Part shown: in pieces, positions 33,908-44,910 of the stretch
How positions within the stretch are numbered: the first letter of the stretch is position 1
Layout: the number at the start of each line of letters is the position of its first letter
Virus record (IMG/VR): IMGVR_UViG_3300034200_001443
Span: 1-64,000 of that record
Reading direction: 5' to 3' (one strand)
DNA: 64,000 bases
DNA from: a virus
The notes under the pieces: generated by a model
What the model saw: only the letters and a program-made list of their open reading frames with translations
The model's database searches: none
What the model was told of the DNA's origin: nothing
Program-made: the position numbers and the translations under genes

Positions 33908-35453
33908 ATTTTTCTCTCCGTCTCTTAATCTTTTCTTTGATTAAGCTTATCTCAGTTTGTTGTACCTTGACTAGTTCAAGGACTAAGGTTGATAAAAGAC
34001 CATAATTTAAAGAAGCAGGTTCTCCCTTTTCATTATATCCAACTAATTCTTTGAAACCAAGATCTTCTACCTCTTCAGCAATGTATCCGTACATCCATTC
34101 TCTATGAAGGCTTTCTTGCAAATACCTAACTTGGTTTTTGTATTTATATCTTTTTAATTGTAAATTTAAAAGTTTTTTTATTTCTGGAACTTGATAGTCA
34201 GATATGTCTTTTTTAACTTTTAGTGTGGAGGCGTTTTGTCCACTACTACCTGATATAACTGAATAAAAATGGACGTGACTTCCATTAGCTGAAGTATGCC
34301 CAGTATGAGCAGAAGAATCACCAAACTGCCCATTGCTTAATTGAGTAGGGAAAGCTGGACTACCAAAAGACATAGGGTGAGTGTGCTGAGCAACTCCAGT
34401 AGTACTTATATTTGAGTAACCGCCTTGGCCGTGAACGTGATTACCTGCTGCAGCATTAAAACCTGCAGAACTAACTGATAAACCTAAAGCAACTAAACCA
34501 CTTCCTCCACCCCCAGTAACTAATGTTTTAGTCATAGGAAAGCCAACAGATAATCCACTATTAACAATTCCACCACGAACTGATCGCAATGAGCTTATTT
34601 TGGCGTCAGTAACTGCTCCTGTAGCAAATTTTTCTGTAGATACAGCATTAGTAGATATCTCTGCTTCTGGAAATACAGGCATTCTAGCAACAGCTAAAAC
34701 TCCAGTCGTTAGTTTTTGAGTAGAAAGATTTGGAATACGAGCTGCATCAAAGGTACCAGTTGTAAATGCAGAAGCATCTAAACTTGGAATACGAGCTACA
34801 TCAAAGATACCAGTGGTTATTTTAGAAGCATCTAAATCTGGAATTTTATCAGCTGTAATTGATGGAATTCTTGCAAGATTAAAAACTCCAGAAGTTATTT
34901 TGGAAGTGTTTAAGTTAGGTATATTATCTGTACTTAGGATTCCGCTTACTTTAGATGCAGATAGAGAACTAATTTGGCTATCTTGTACTTGTCCAATTAA
35001 TTTTGAAGAAGACATTCCAGATATTTTAGAATCTTGAATATTTCCTTCAAGTTCACTATTACCTACAGCACCTGCGAGTATAGTACGAGAATCTACTGCA
35101 TTAGTGGCAATTTTGTCATTAGTTACTGAATCATCTCGTAGCTCAGCGGTACCTACCGAACCAGGCGCAAATGAGTCAGCATTAACTGCATTACTAGCAA
35201 TAAGAGCATTTGTTATTGAATCTTGCTCTATTTGTGTAGTACCTATTGCATTTGCTGCAATGGTTCTTCTAACAATTGCATTATCAGCAACTATATCTTC
35301 TTCTACAGATCTTAAAGACAAATTTTTACTTGCTACAGCTTTTGAAGCAAGACGCGAGGCAGATGGTCGTGTTTCTAGATATCTAACTCTTTTTTGAATA
35401 TCTGTAAGATTTCCAGAAATAGTCTTTCTGCGGGATCTACGACGGGTTGCCAT
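33888..35453 (-). CDS. Tail fibre protein B with C-terminal S74-like intramolecular chaperone
   Basis: IP.LDASKIT.G.F..AR repeats, HxH motifs, ST...KKDI...YKY...YGYIAEEV...LNYG plus a coiled coil. Confidence 0.85.
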   Translation of the reverse strand: MATRRRSRRKTISGNLTDIQKRVRYLETRPSASRLASKAVASKNLSLRSVEEDIVADNAIVRRTIAANAIGTTQIEQDSITNALIASNAVNADSFAPGSVGTAELRDDSVTNDKIATNAVDSRTILAGAVGNSELEGNIQDSKISGMSSSKLIGQVQDSQISSLSASKVSGILSTDNIPNLNTSKITSGVFNLARIPSITADKIPDLDASKITTGIFDVARIPSLDASAFTTGTFDAARIPNLSTQKLTTGVLAVARMPVFPEAEISTNAVSTEKFATGAVTDAKISSLRSVRGGIVNSGLSVGFPMTKTLVTGGGGSGLVALGLSVSSAGFNAAAGNHVHGQGGYSNISTTGVAQHTHPMSFGSPAFPTQLSNGQFGDSSAHTGHTSANGSHVHFYSVISGSSGQNASTLKVKKDISDYQVPEIKKLLNLQLKRYKYKNQVRYLQESLHREWMYGYIAEEVEDLGFKELVGYNEKGEPASLNYGLLSTLVLELVKVQQTEISLIKEKIKRRREKYDKLSS

Positions 35454-36510
35454 GCTCAAGCTCTTCTAATTGTCGTAACTCTTCTTTTAAAGAATCTATT
35501 TCTTTTTGCTGCTCTTTAACTAACTCTAAAACAAGAGTTGATAAAAGTCCGTAGTTAAGACTGTTAGGCTCTTTATTTTCATCATATCCAACAATTTCTT
35601 CAATGCCAGTCTCAAGAACCTCTTCAGCTATATAGCCATACATCCATTCCCGATTAATGCTGTCTTGTAAATGTCTTACTTGATTTTTATATTTATATCT
35701 TTTAAGTTTAAGATTTAGTATTTTCTTTACATCTTCAATTTCGTAATTTGAAATTTCTTTTTTTAGTTTTAATGTGGAGCTATTGAATTGGGTAGTTCCT
35801 GAAACTGTAACTGTGTGTGAATGCGCTCCAGTATTACCTCCCGAGTGGCCACTGTGGCCACCACCACCTACGCTAGAAGAAATAGAAACAGGGTGAGTGT
35901 GCTGAGCAACTCCAGTGGCACTAGCATTAGAGTAACCGCCTTGACCATGAACATGGTTACCTATAGCAACTTGAGTTGCGCCAGGTCCAGTATTAACAAA
36001 AACAGTGGCTCCTGTTTTATTTAAAGGAGTATTAACTACTAATCCACTAGAAACAATTGATGCAAAAGCTGAACTAGCTATCTTTGCTGAAGTTATAGAT
36101 CCATCTTGTATTTTAGTATTAGAAATAGCATTTGGTGCTATTTTACTTTCTGGAAGCTGTGGAAGTCTTGCAAGGTCTACAATTCCACTTATAAATTTAG
36201 AAGCATCTAAACCTGGAATACGAGCTGCACCAAAGGTACCACTTATAACTTTAGAAGCATCTAAGTTCGGAATTCTTGCAAGACTAAATATACCAGTTGT
36301 TATTTTAGAAGCATCTAAGCTTGGAACTCTATCAGCTGTAATTGCTGGAATTCTTGCGACATCAAAGACGCCAGAAGTTATTTTGGAAGTATCTAAATTT
36401 GGAATGTTAGCGGTAGAAAGAGTTCCTGAAACTTTAGATGCAGATAGAGAACTAATTTGGCTATCTTGTACTTGTCCAATTAATTTTGAAGAAGACATTC
36501 CAGATATTTT
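34948..36510. repeat. 80-bp exact direct repeat (34948-35027 and 36431-36510)
   Basis: actttagatgcag...cagatatttt is identical in both fibre genes; same 1483-bp offset. Confidence 0.92.
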
Positions 36511-36935
36511 GTCATCTGTTATACCGCCAGCAAGCTCTGAATTACCTACGGCACCTGCAGCTATAGAATCGGCATTTACAGCATCTGTAGCAATTTTTGA
36601 ATTAATTACAGCATTATCTGCAAGAGCTATCGTTTCAACAGCACCAGAGGCAATTGAATCAGCATTTACTGAGTTAGTAGCAAGAAGCGAATTTGTGATG
36701 GAGTCTTGTTCTATTTGTGCAGTACCAACTGCTGAGGCTGCAATAGATCGTCTTACAATGGCATTGTCGGCAACGATATTTTCTTCTACAGCACGAAGAG
36801 CTAAGTTTCGAGTCGATACAGCTTTAGAAGCAAGGCGAGTAGCAGATGGTCGTGTTTCTAGATATCTAACTCTTTTTTGAATATCTGTAAGATTTCCAGA
36901 AATAGTCTTTCTGCGGGATCTACGACGGGTTGCCA
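35359..36935. repeat. 94-bp exact direct repeat (35359-35452 and 36842-36935)
   Basis: gcagatggtcgtg...gggttgcca is identical in the 5' ends of both fibre genes; offset 1483 bp. Confidence 0.92.
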
Positions 36936-36936
36936 C
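35437..36936 (-). CDS. Tail fibre protein A, tandem paralogue of B
   Basis: Same architecture as B, with an identical N-terminus MATRRRSRRKTISGNLTDIQKRVRYLETRPSA. Confidence 0.85.
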   Translation of the reverse strand: MATRRRSRRKTISGNLTDIQKRVRYLETRPSATRLASKAVSTRNLALRAVEENIVADNAIVRRSIAASAVGTAQIEQDSITNSLLATNSVNADSIASGAVETIALADNAVINSKIATDAVNADSIAAGAVGNSELAGGITDDKISGMSSSKLIGQVQDSQISSLSASKVSGTLSTANIPNLDTSKITSGVFDVARIPAITADRVPSLDASKITTGIFSLARIPNLDASKVISGTFGAARIPGLDASKFISGIVDLARLPQLPESKIAPNAISNTKIQDGSITSAKIASSAFASIVSSGLVVNTPLNKTGATVFVNTGPGATQVAIGNHVHGQGGYSNASATGVAQHTHPVSISSSVGGGGHSGHSGGNTGAHSHTVTVSGTTQFNSSTLKLKKEISNYEIEDVKKILNLKLKRYKYKNQVRHLQDSINREWMYGYIAEEVLETGIEEIVGYDENKEPNSLNYGLLSTLVLELVKEQQKEIDSLKEELRQLEELEHGNPS

Positions 36937-36938
36937 AG

Positions 36939-39002
36939 TTAGTCTCCTTCTATATTTCTAGTAAGACCAGCTTCTTCTCCAGCTCTATCTACTTTCCAAT
37001 CTGTAATAAGTTCTAGATCTACAGTCTCTGGAAAAGCAGGATTGTCTGGAACTGAAACTTTATATGCTGCAATCTTTCTAACAATAATGTCATCTCTTGG
37101 TTCTTGATCATCTGCAAGACGAGCTAAAACAAATGGGTCGTCAATGATTAATGAGCACCAATCTCCTGGAGCGTAGCTTCCAATTACAGGAGTTAAAGAT
37201 CCATTCACAGTTAATTTAAACTCTCCAATAGGAGGCTTTGACTCGTAAAGATACTCTTTAGCGTATTCATATAAAACTTCTTCATCCCCTGTGTTATTTA
37301 CTACCTCAACTAAATCTAGTAGAGGCCAGCTTCTACCAAAAGGATTATTAAGTAATGAAATATCAGCAGCAGCAGCGTATGGCTGACTAGCTGCATCGGA
37401 TAAGTCAGAAATATTTCCTTCTACAAAGAAACGAGTTGCAGAATCTTCTGCACTCTCTTCTACTGTAAAAGTAGAAATGCTACCTGGATATTCAAATACA
37501 ACTTGATTAAACCCAAGACGTTCTGCATCTGTTAAATCTCTAGAGGTATCTTCTAAAGGGTTAGGGTTTTCAATATTAAGGAGAACAAAAGTTCTTGTAA
37601 ATGATGCTGTAGTAAAATCATAGTCGCAATCAATTCGGTACTCGAAGCCGTTAATATCATTTGAGTAGTCCTCTAAAATCTCTCCAACGCTCTTAAGTTC
37701 GTAGCCTCGTAGATATTGAGTATCTTGATAAAGATTGCTAGTTTCGTTTGTTCCTACAACTATTCCTATATCAGAGTTAGAAGAATACGGTCCATAAGTC
37801 CCATAGACTAATTTACTTCCTGTGGTCAGCAACCCTCCAGATACTGTAGTAGAGGGTATATTTCTAACGTTAGGTAGATCGTAACTAATAGTGTTAGAAG
37901 TAGTAGCTGTAATAGTAAAGTTTCCATCAAAATTTTCATCTAATCTTTCACTAAAAAAAGAATCTACTCCAGACAAAGTTATTCTTTGACCAATGCCAAC
38001 ACCGTGAGGGATGTGAGTAGTAACTGTTGCTACGTTGTTAGTAAGAGCTTTATTTGTTATGTAAAAACTTCTTACACCCGGCAAGGTAGTTAAAGCTATA
38101 TTTGCGCCTCTGTCCTCAAATACAACCGTTTTAGTGTCTGGAACCTCTACCACCGTGTGATACCCATTAAAGCTGGTATCTACTTCAACAAGCTCAAACT
38201 CTTGTCCAGGAACTAATTCGTGATCTTCTAAAGTTTTTAAAATTACTCTTCCCTCATCTCTTTTCTTAGAGACGACAGAGACTTCTATAGTATTACCAGG
38301 CTCTATTACATCATTAGCAAAAAAACCTGGACGTGCATCGGTAGTAACTGAAATGTCTGTAGCAACTTGAAAAAGAAGGTCTCTAACAAAATCGTAGGTG
38401 TCTATAAGTTTTCTTACAGCACCGCTAGTAATTAAAGTAGACCCAACGTTAGGTGCTGCTACAACATAGGTAAAGCTTGTAGGAGATGGTACAGATACAA
38501 TTTTATGCGTTCCGTCTACGGAAGGGTTTGTAAAAGTTACTTTTACAAAGTTGTTTTGCTTAAATCCGTGAGCTTCTTCTGTAACGATTGTGGCTGTTCC
38601 ATCTGTCACAGAAAAAGAAGAAACTCCAATAAACTCTGACCCATAAACAAGAGTTTGCCAGATGTGTCTATGATAAAAGTAGCTAATAAATTCAGAAGCA
38701 TCAACAGAAAGAGTTTTGCTACTTTCATTATAACTTCTTGCCCAAACTATTCCACCCCATACGCAAACATCATTACGCATAACATATAAGCCTGTACGAC
38801 CAGGCATAGTTGACTCGTAAAGGTTTAATTTACTAGTAGAAGCAATTACAGGAATAGTTCCAGAAAAAGATCCAGCTTTACGAAGCTGTCTTTCGTAGCT
38901 AACACCAGAAAAAGGAACTTCTGCTAAAACCTCATTAGAAACGAGGTCAGTTAAGAAATACCTATAATTTACATCTGTCAGTGTCGTGTCGATTGATGTC
39001 AT
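36939..39002 (-). CDS. Minor tail protein (Tal/baseplate-hub-like) with three inserted repeat domains
   Basis: Second gene after the tape measure; 'L..AGSFSG...R....VWGG' N-terminus and 'Y.PGD' C-terminus. Confidence 0.75.
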   Translation of the reverse strand: MTSIDTTLTDVNYRYFLTDLVSNEVLAEVPFSGVSYERQLRKAGSFSGTIPVIASTSKLNLYESTMPGRTGLYVMRNDVCVWGGIVWARSYNESSKTLSVDASEFISYFYHRHIWQTLVYGSEFIGVSSFSVTDGTATIVTEEAHGFKQNNFVKVTFTNPSVDGTHKIVSVPSPTSFTYVVAAPNVGSTLITSGAVRKLIDTYDFVRDLLFQVATDISVTTDARPGFFANDVIEPGNTIEVSVVSKKRDEGRVILKTLEDHELVPGQEFELVEVDTSFNGYHTVVEVPDTKTVVFEDRGANIALTTLPGVRSFYITNKALTNNVATVTTHIPHGVGIGQRITLSGVDSFFSERLDENFDGNFTITATTSNTISYDLPNVRNIPSTTVSGGLLTTGSKLVYGTYGPYSSNSDIGIVVGTNETSNLYQDTQYLRGYELKSVGEILEDYSNDINGFEYRIDCDYDFTTASFTRTFVLLNIENPNPLEDTSRDLTDAERLGFNQVVFEYPGSISTFTVEESAEDSATRFFVEGNISDLSDAASQPYAAAADISLLNNPFGRSWPLLDLVEVVNNTGDEEVLYEYAKEYLYESKPPIGEFKLTVNGSLTPVIGSYAPGDWCSLIIDDPFVLARLADDQEPRDDIIVRKIAAYKVSVPDNPAFPETVDLELITDWKVDRAGEEAGLTRNIEGD

Positions 39003-39014
39003 TTTTATCCTTTT

Positions 39015-41636
39015 TTAACCTAGCCAACCAGACCTATAAAATACCTTAAGCAGTCCAGTACTTACAGAGTTTTTATCATCGGCAAACTCTATCTCATTAT
39101 CTCCAGGTTGTAGAAAGAAAAAATCAGTAAGTACATCGAGCTTTGCTCTAGCACCTTCATAGTTGCCATTTAAAGCAACATCTCTTGTAAGAGTGTCTAC
39201 CTCTAAAATGTCTGGGCCAAAGTCTACTAGTGCACCACTTAAACCTGGAGTAAAAGGTATATTAGCTTTTTTAACTGCAATGCCAGAAGCCTCTACTTCA
39301 CTTCCATCTCCATTAACAATATTTCCATTAATATTTGCAGTTCCACTAGCATATGCAGCAAACGGAAGTCCCCCACTTACTCTAGCTTCGCCAACATCAT
39401 TAGTGTTTGGAACAGATCTAGAACGTCTTACTAAAGCTCCTGAAATAGATGCAGTGCCACTAGGTGCTGCAGGGTCAATAGTTCCAGAGCTGGGAGTTGT
39501 ATAGGTAAATGTGTTTGCCCCTGTAACTGTTGCAATCCAAATTCCATTTAAAACAGCATCAAGACCATTTACTCTTACATACTGACCATTAACTAAATTA
39601 TGAGAAACAGATGTAGTAATTGTTACAGTGTTTCCAGTCCTAGCCCTAATTGAAATAGGAGGTGTAACTATGCTCGCATCAATTGCAGGTTTTCCTGTGC
39701 CATCAAGACGGATTACGTTAAATTGTGGAGTATCTAAAACAGTATAAGTTCCATTATATGCAGCTCCCAAACCAGAAATTGTAACGCTTTCTCCAACAAT
39801 AAAGCTATGAGTTCCACCAAAAATAATATCAAAAACACCAGCAGCTACTACAGCAGAAAAAGGTCTAATAGAAAGCAAAGTAACTTTTCCAGTTGTAACC
39901 CCAATAGGAGCTTCATTAGCCCCAACAGAAGCAAAAGCATACGTTGTGCTGCTTAAAACCGCAGTAACAGTAAATGTCCCATTGTATGAAGTGTTAGCTA
40001 CATCTTCAATAACTATAGTATCTCCAACGCTAGCTTGAATGCTTTCAGCTACTGTAATAGAAGCTTGATTTGAAGATCTAGAAGTTGTTGTTATAGAAGA
40101 AGAGTAAAGTCTAGGTACATCATAAGTAAAAGATGAAGTAGTTGGAAGAGATTTAATTATAAAAGTTCCATTAAATGGATTTTCAAAGTCAAGGGCAACT
40201 TGATTAGCAGTTCTTTCCATGCCAGATACAGCAACAACTTCGTTAACAGAAAATCCGTGTGTAGAACTCATTGTAATAGTGGCAACATCATTAGCCATTG
40301 AACGTGAAGAAATAGCTCTAGCATCTGTTCTTGTTTTAGAGTAACTAAAAGTCGTGGTTGATGGGATAGATATAATTCTAAAAGCTCCGTTGTAGTTTTG
40401 ATCTAGTCCAGCAATAGTTACCTCTTCACCTTCAACAAATCCATGTGCTTCGCTAGTGGTAAGAGTTGCAATGTTAGAAATTAAAACAGCTCCAGTTACA
40501 GTTCTAGATGTGCTTCTATCTTTTGCAAATGTAAAAGTTGTGGCTGTTGCACTAGTAATTGTGTAGCTACCACTAAAAACAGAATCTATGTCTTTTAAGA
40601 AAACAGTGTTACCGCCAACAAACCCGTGAGCTTCTTTTGTAAACACTGTAGCAACATTATTTACTAACTTTTTTGCTACAACAGTTTTTGTGATAGCTCT
40701 GTTTAAAGGAAAAAGACTGTATTTAAATGTTGTAGATGTAGGAACTTCTGTAATAAAAAATTCGCCATTAAGGTCAGATTCTGCAAGACCGCTAATTTCT
40801 ACTGTATCTCCTTGTAAAAGACCGTGAGCTGTTGTAGTAGTTAAAGTAACAATATCTTCCAAGGTATCTTCATTAAAATCTAACTGTTTATTAACAATTG
40901 AAGAAGTTAAACGTCCTCTAAGTCCTGAAACAATATAAAGCAGCTTGTCTGTAGTTCTGTTGTATATTCGAGCAGGTCCAATAATAGGACCAGAAATTTC
41001 AAAATTAACTGGAACTTCTACATTTCCAATATTAGTAATAGTTTCAATTCCTGTAGCACCAGTAGTTCTATTGACCGCTGGTATTTCAATTCTTTCATAG
41101 CCGTCTGGATCCGAGTCATTCCACGCATACTTAATTGGGTCAGCTGCTTTTAGACCAATTGAAAAATCTGTTCTGCCTCGTGCAGTAGTTGTTTGAATGC
41201 TTGGACCACCACTTAGACGTACAAATGAAGAACGTTTGTTGTCAGATTCAATACCTGTTTTAAGCCAAGCACCACGATATACAAGGTTTGTTGCGTCAAT
41301 GAGACGGTCACGAGCTGCTTCTACTAAAGATGGGTCAGGAGTTAAAAAGCTTCCACTAAGAGTCAAAATTCTTGCTTGGTAGCGACCTTTAATGTCGTAG
41401 GAACCGTCACCAAAACCACGAGGAATATCTGGCATATCTGGCTCTGGATGTTGCCACCATCCATCAATTTCTGTAATTACCCAAACAACACCATACTCAT
41501 CAATAGTGTTAAAAAGAAATTCTCCCAAGGCAATATCGCCTTGTAGCTTCATTCCAGTTAAATGCGGCTGTGGAAGAGGCGTTAAAGAACGATCTACAAT
41601 GCTGTTTTCTTCTCTTTGATTAAATACTTCAGCCAT
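39015..41636 (-). CDS. Distal tail protein (Dit-like) with about seven inserted repeat domains
   Basis: Immediately after the tape measure; GWW...DG...R.LTL.G, L.A.DP.KY, N.GNV...P, and C-terminal L.PG.N...R.GW. Confidence 0.8.
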   Translation of the reverse strand: MAEVFNQREENSIVDRSLTPLPQPHLTGMKLQGDIALGEFLFNTIDEYGVVWVITEIDGWWQHPEPDMPDIPRGFGDGSYDIKGRYQARILTLSGSFLTPDPSLVEAARDRLIDATNLVYRGAWLKTGIESDNKRSSFVRLSGGPSIQTTTARGRTDFSIGLKAADPIKYAWNDSDPDGYERIEIPAVNRTTGATGIETITNIGNVEVPVNFEISGPIIGPARIYNRTTDKLLYIVSGLRGRLTSSIVNKQLDFNEDTLEDIVTLTTTTAHGLLQGDTVEISGLAESDLNGEFFITEVPTSTTFKYSLFPLNRAITKTVVAKKLVNNVATVFTKEAHGFVGGNTVFLKDIDSVFSGSYTITSATATTFTFAKDRSTSRTVTGAVLISNIATLTTSEAHGFVEGEEVTIAGLDQNYNGAFRIISIPSTTTFSYSKTRTDARAISSRSMANDVATITMSSTHGFSVNEVVAVSGMERTANQVALDFENPFNGTFIIKSLPTTSSFTYDVPRLYSSSITTTSRSSNQASITVAESIQASVGDTIVIEDVANTSYNGTFTVTAVLSSTTYAFASVGANEAPIGVTTGKVTLLSIRPFSAVVAAGVFDIIFGGTHSFIVGESVTISGLGAAYNGTYTVLDTPQFNVIRLDGTGKPAIDASIVTPPISIRARTGNTVTITTSVSHNLVNGQYVRVNGLDAVLNGIWIATVTGANTFTYTTPSSGTIDPAAPSGTASISGALVRRSRSVPNTNDVGEARVSGGLPFAAYASGTANINGNIVNGDGSEVEASGIAVKKANIPFTPGLSGALVDFGPDILEVDTLTRDVALNGNYEGARAKLDVLTDFFFLQPGDNEIEFADDKNSVSTGLLKVFYRSGWLG

Positions 41637-44600
41637 TATGCAGCACCTTTACGAAGTTGGAAAGCAAGTTGACGGGAGACAAGAGAAGCAAGTTCACGTT
41701 CATCCATTCCTGGAGATGGATTAACTGTTATTTGAATTCCTCGTGACTCTCCAGCAATCATTTCAATCATTGCCTTATCACGTTTTGATAAACCATCTGG
41801 GTCAAGAGGCTCTACACGCTCTGGACGGCCAGCCTCTCCAATACGAGCAAGCATTCCTCCAGGTGTAGCTGGAACTATTCCACCTTCTGCCAGTGGAGTT
41901 ACATATGGAAGTCTAAGAGTTGGACCTTCAAAAGCAGGAATAACAGTTTTACCAGCAATTTTAAGTCCTTCAAAACTTGGCAGTTTAAATGATAAATTAT
42001 TCCATCTTTCAATTACCCAATTAAGAGCAGATTTAAAACTAGTTTTTATTCCTGCCCAAATATCACCAATTTTTAACTCACCTATTTTACCGAATATTTC
42101 TTTAACTTTATCGTAAAACCCTACTACTTCGTTTTTAAATCCAATTAATCTATCTACCCATCTTTGAATAGTTCCTATAATCCCTAAAATAACGTCTTTA
42201 ACTATGTTAATTGCACCAACAAGAATAAACTCAAGAAGAGGAACCAAAGTTACAGATAAAAAGTCTCCTATTTTTTCAAAGACACCAGAAACTCCACCAA
42301 GTGGCTCTAGAAGTTCATTCAAAGCTTCACTTATTTCGTCCCAAGCTTCTTTTAAAGCCTTTAGAACATTTTCAAACATATCTTTAAGAGCTTCTCTTAG
42401 TTTTTCACTATTCTTATATGCTAAGATAAATACTCCTACAACTGCTGCAATTGCAATTCCTATAAGTACAAATTTTGCACTAAGAAAACCAACACCATAA
42501 GTTAGAAAAGCAACTTCTTGCTTTAATCTTTTAACTCCAGGAATTGCACTAGGTAAAGCCATAATACCGTTCATAATTCCTATCATGGCACCTTTAAGTG
42601 AGTTTGCATAAAAAGTAAAAGCTATTTTAGATATATTTATTGCAGCAGTAAATGCAAGCAAACTACCACTAACCAACAAGAAAGCTTGTCCAAGCTCTGA
42701 CCCAAGAACTGTATTTAAAACTTTTAAAATGCCAGTTAAAGTTTTAAAGAAAATATTTATAGATTCTGATTCTGTAACTATTAAAACAAATTTTGCAATT
42801 TCTTCTAAAAACTTGCCAAAAGATTCAAGTGCCCCACCTGGCTTAGATATTTCAAGACCTACTTCATTAAAAGTTCTAGTTACATTTTTTAAAGATTCAA
42901 TAAAAGATAAATATCCTGGAGAAGCGGCTATTTGTAAAAACCCTAAAGCTATTAATCCAATAACTTCTAACACTCCTTGAGCCCCTATGGTTAAGTTTGT
43001 AAGGAATGGCGCAAGTTTTCCTTCTTCATTTAATGCTTTAGTTGTTTTTTCCCAACTCTCTGTTACATCTATAAACCACTGTAAAAACGTATCTGCTGCT
43101 CCACCTGGAGCAACTGTTGCAGAAATAATAGTTCCAAAAGCGCTAAAAGCATTTCCAAAACCTTCTCCTAGCTTTTTTACTATATCTGTAGCTGTCTTAA
43201 ATATCTCATTAAGCTCGCCAGTTGCATCTTTAAGCTCCACAGTTTTTCTAAAAGCTTCTGCTTTCTTTTCAATAAACTGGGAAAATTCTATTGTGTATGG
43301 GATAAAAGCAGCTTGAAGAGTTACAAAAGCTGAAGCAAGATCAATAAATGCTCCACCCAAAGCATCAAGAATAGGGGTAAAGGAATCAAATAAATCGTTT
43401 ATTTCTTTTTGTTTTCTAGCTGATGTAAATACTTCTGCAAATTCAAGAGATAGCTCTCCAAGTTTTCCTGCAATTCTTACTAAAGCTCCTTCTAAGCTAG
43501 AAGGGGAGTTCGGGTTTAAGTATGTGTCGTAAAGAAGTTTTACTGCTTCTGTAAACTTAGGAAAAAATGCTTCTTGTAGTTTTTTACGAAGCTCTTCAAA
43601 GGCTTCTTTTAAACTAATAATATACTTAACAAAATCTTGAGCAGCTGGGGATAGTTTATCTAGAGCAGCCTTATACTCATCAAAACCAGATCCTTTAGCA
43701 GCCGCAGCTTGAGCCTTAATTGCAGCTTCAACTTCTCTATTAGCAAGCTCTAAAGCACGAAGATTTTGACGATCTACTTCTCCACCAGCTGTTACTGCGT
43801 CTTGTGCTTTTTTAAGATCTTCTAAAGCTTCTCTATAAGAAATAGTTGATCGTGCAGCATCTATTTGAGCATCGCTTTCTGCTTGTTTAGAGTCTGCAAG
43901 TTTTTCTTGTGCAGCAATTACTAATTTATTGCCATCTACACCTTCACGATTTGCTTTAGCTGTTGATTTACGCAAGTCGTTGTTTTTATCAATTGCACGT
44001 CGAAGATTGAGATCTGCTTCAGCAAATGCAAGTTCTGCCTCACGGCGAGCACGAGAATTTGGTGGAAGATCTTGAACACGTTGCAGAGAGTCACGAGCTT
44101 TTTCAAACTCAAGACGTGCTTTCTTTTCAGAAATAACTCCGCCTTCAAGTTCAAAACGAAGTTGCTGGATTGCTTCTTTAGCTTCTTCACGAGCTTCTGT
44201 AACTGCTTCAAGGGCTTTTTCAGTATTTCTAACAGCACCTTGATAAGCTCTTTCAGCTCTTTCTACTGCAATAGCTGCATCTGCAACTGCAATAGATGCA
44301 TCTGATTCTGCTTCTACTGCATCTGCTTTTCTTTTATTGTTTTGACGAATTGTGTCATCTAAATTGTAATATGCATCTGATAATCTTAAATTTGCTTCAG
44401 TAAGTCTGTCTGCGTCTTGGGCAGCATTTGATCCAATTTTAGCTCCAGCACTTATTGCTTCGCCTACTCCACCAAAAGCAGCTCTTAATACTCCAGCTCC
44501 AGCGGCAACAGCTAAAAATGCGCCAGAAAGTCCTAATAAAGCAGGAGTAGCAGCGGCTGTTATTGAAATTAAAACACCTAAACCACCTATTACTGAACCT

Positions 44601-44899
44601 AAAACTCCACCAAGAGCAGTTAAGGCTGTAACTACTATATAACCAGTTCTAGCGAGAGATAAAAATCTTTCTCTAGCCGTAGTAAACCTGTCTACATCAG
44701 CTTGAGATAAAGATTTACCAAATAAATAACCTATATCTCCACTTGATTTACTTCTAAAACCTCTACTAAAACTTGCACCAGCGTCTGCACCAGCACGTTC
44801 TCCAACTCTATCAATACCATCAAATGCACGTTGAATATCGTTTTTTACGCCAGTGGTGACGGCACGAACAATTACGGATGCTTCACCTACAACTGCCAT
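41636..44899 (-). CDS. Tape measure protein
   Basis: MAVVGEASV.V N-terminus, long helical/coiled-coil body with hydrophobic stretches, LAEGG...GEAG.PE C-terminus; follows the chaperone genes. Confidence 0.9.
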   Translation of the reverse strand: MAVVGEASVIVRAVTTGVKNDIQRAFDGIDRVGERAGADAGASFSRGFRSKSSGDIGYLFGKSLSQADVDRFTTARERFLSLARTGYIVVTALTALGGVLGSVIGGLGVLISITAAATPALLGLSGAFLAVAAGAGVLRAAFGGVGEAISAGAKIGSNAAQDADRLTEANLRLSDAYYNLDDTIRQNNKRKADAVEAESDASIAVADAAIAVERAERAYQGAVRNTEKALEAVTEAREEAKEAIQQLRFELEGGVISEKKARLEFEKARDSLQRVQDLPPNSRARREAELAFAEADLNLRRAIDKNNDLRKSTAKANREGVDGNKLVIAAQEKLADSKQAESDAQIDAARSTISYREALEDLKKAQDAVTAGGEVDRQNLRALELANREVEAAIKAQAAAAKGSGFDEYKAALDKLSPAAQDFVKYIISLKEAFEELRKKLQEAFFPKFTEAVKLLYDTYLNPNSPSSLEGALVRIAGKLGELSLEFAEVFTSARKQKEINDLFDSFTPILDALGGAFIDLASAFVTLQAAFIPYTIEFSQFIEKKAEAFRKTVELKDATGELNEIFKTATDIVKKLGEGFGNAFSAFGTIISATVAPGGAADTFLQWFIDVTESWEKTTKALNEEGKLAPFLTNLTIGAQGVLEVIGLIALGFLQIAASPGYLSFIESLKNVTRTFNEVGLEISKPGGALESFGKFLEEIAKFVLIVTESESINIFFKTLTGILKVLNTVLGSELGQAFLLVSGSLLAFTAAINISKIAFTFYANSLKGAMIGIMNGIMALPSAIPGVKRLKQEVAFLTYGVGFLSAKFVLIGIAIAAVVGVFILAYKNSEKLREALKDMFENVLKALKEAWDEISEALNELLEPLGGVSGVFEKIGDFLSVTLVPLLEFILVGAINIVKDVILGIIGTIQRWVDRLIGFKNEVVGFYDKVKEIFGKIGELKIGDIWAGIKTSFKSALNWVIERWNNLSFKLPSFEGLKIAGKTVIPAFEGPTLRLPYVTPLAEGGIVPATPGGMLARIGEAGRPERVEPLDPDGLSKRDKAMIEMIAGESRGIQITVNPSPGMDERELASLVSRQLAFQLRKGAA

Positions 44900-44910
44900 G
44901 CCATCACCTC

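Noticed and set aside
36005-36880. 291-aa + strand ORF and similar antisense ORFs (e.g. 39163..39504, 48324..48749, 58695..59084)
   Set aside because: Shadows of well-supported genes on the opposite strand, caused by codon bias and repeats.
33888-36936. Diversity-generating retroelement or invertase shufflon at the fibre genes
   Set aside because: Repeats are direct and exact, the differences are not adenine-specific, and no reverse transcriptase or invertase is present in the window.
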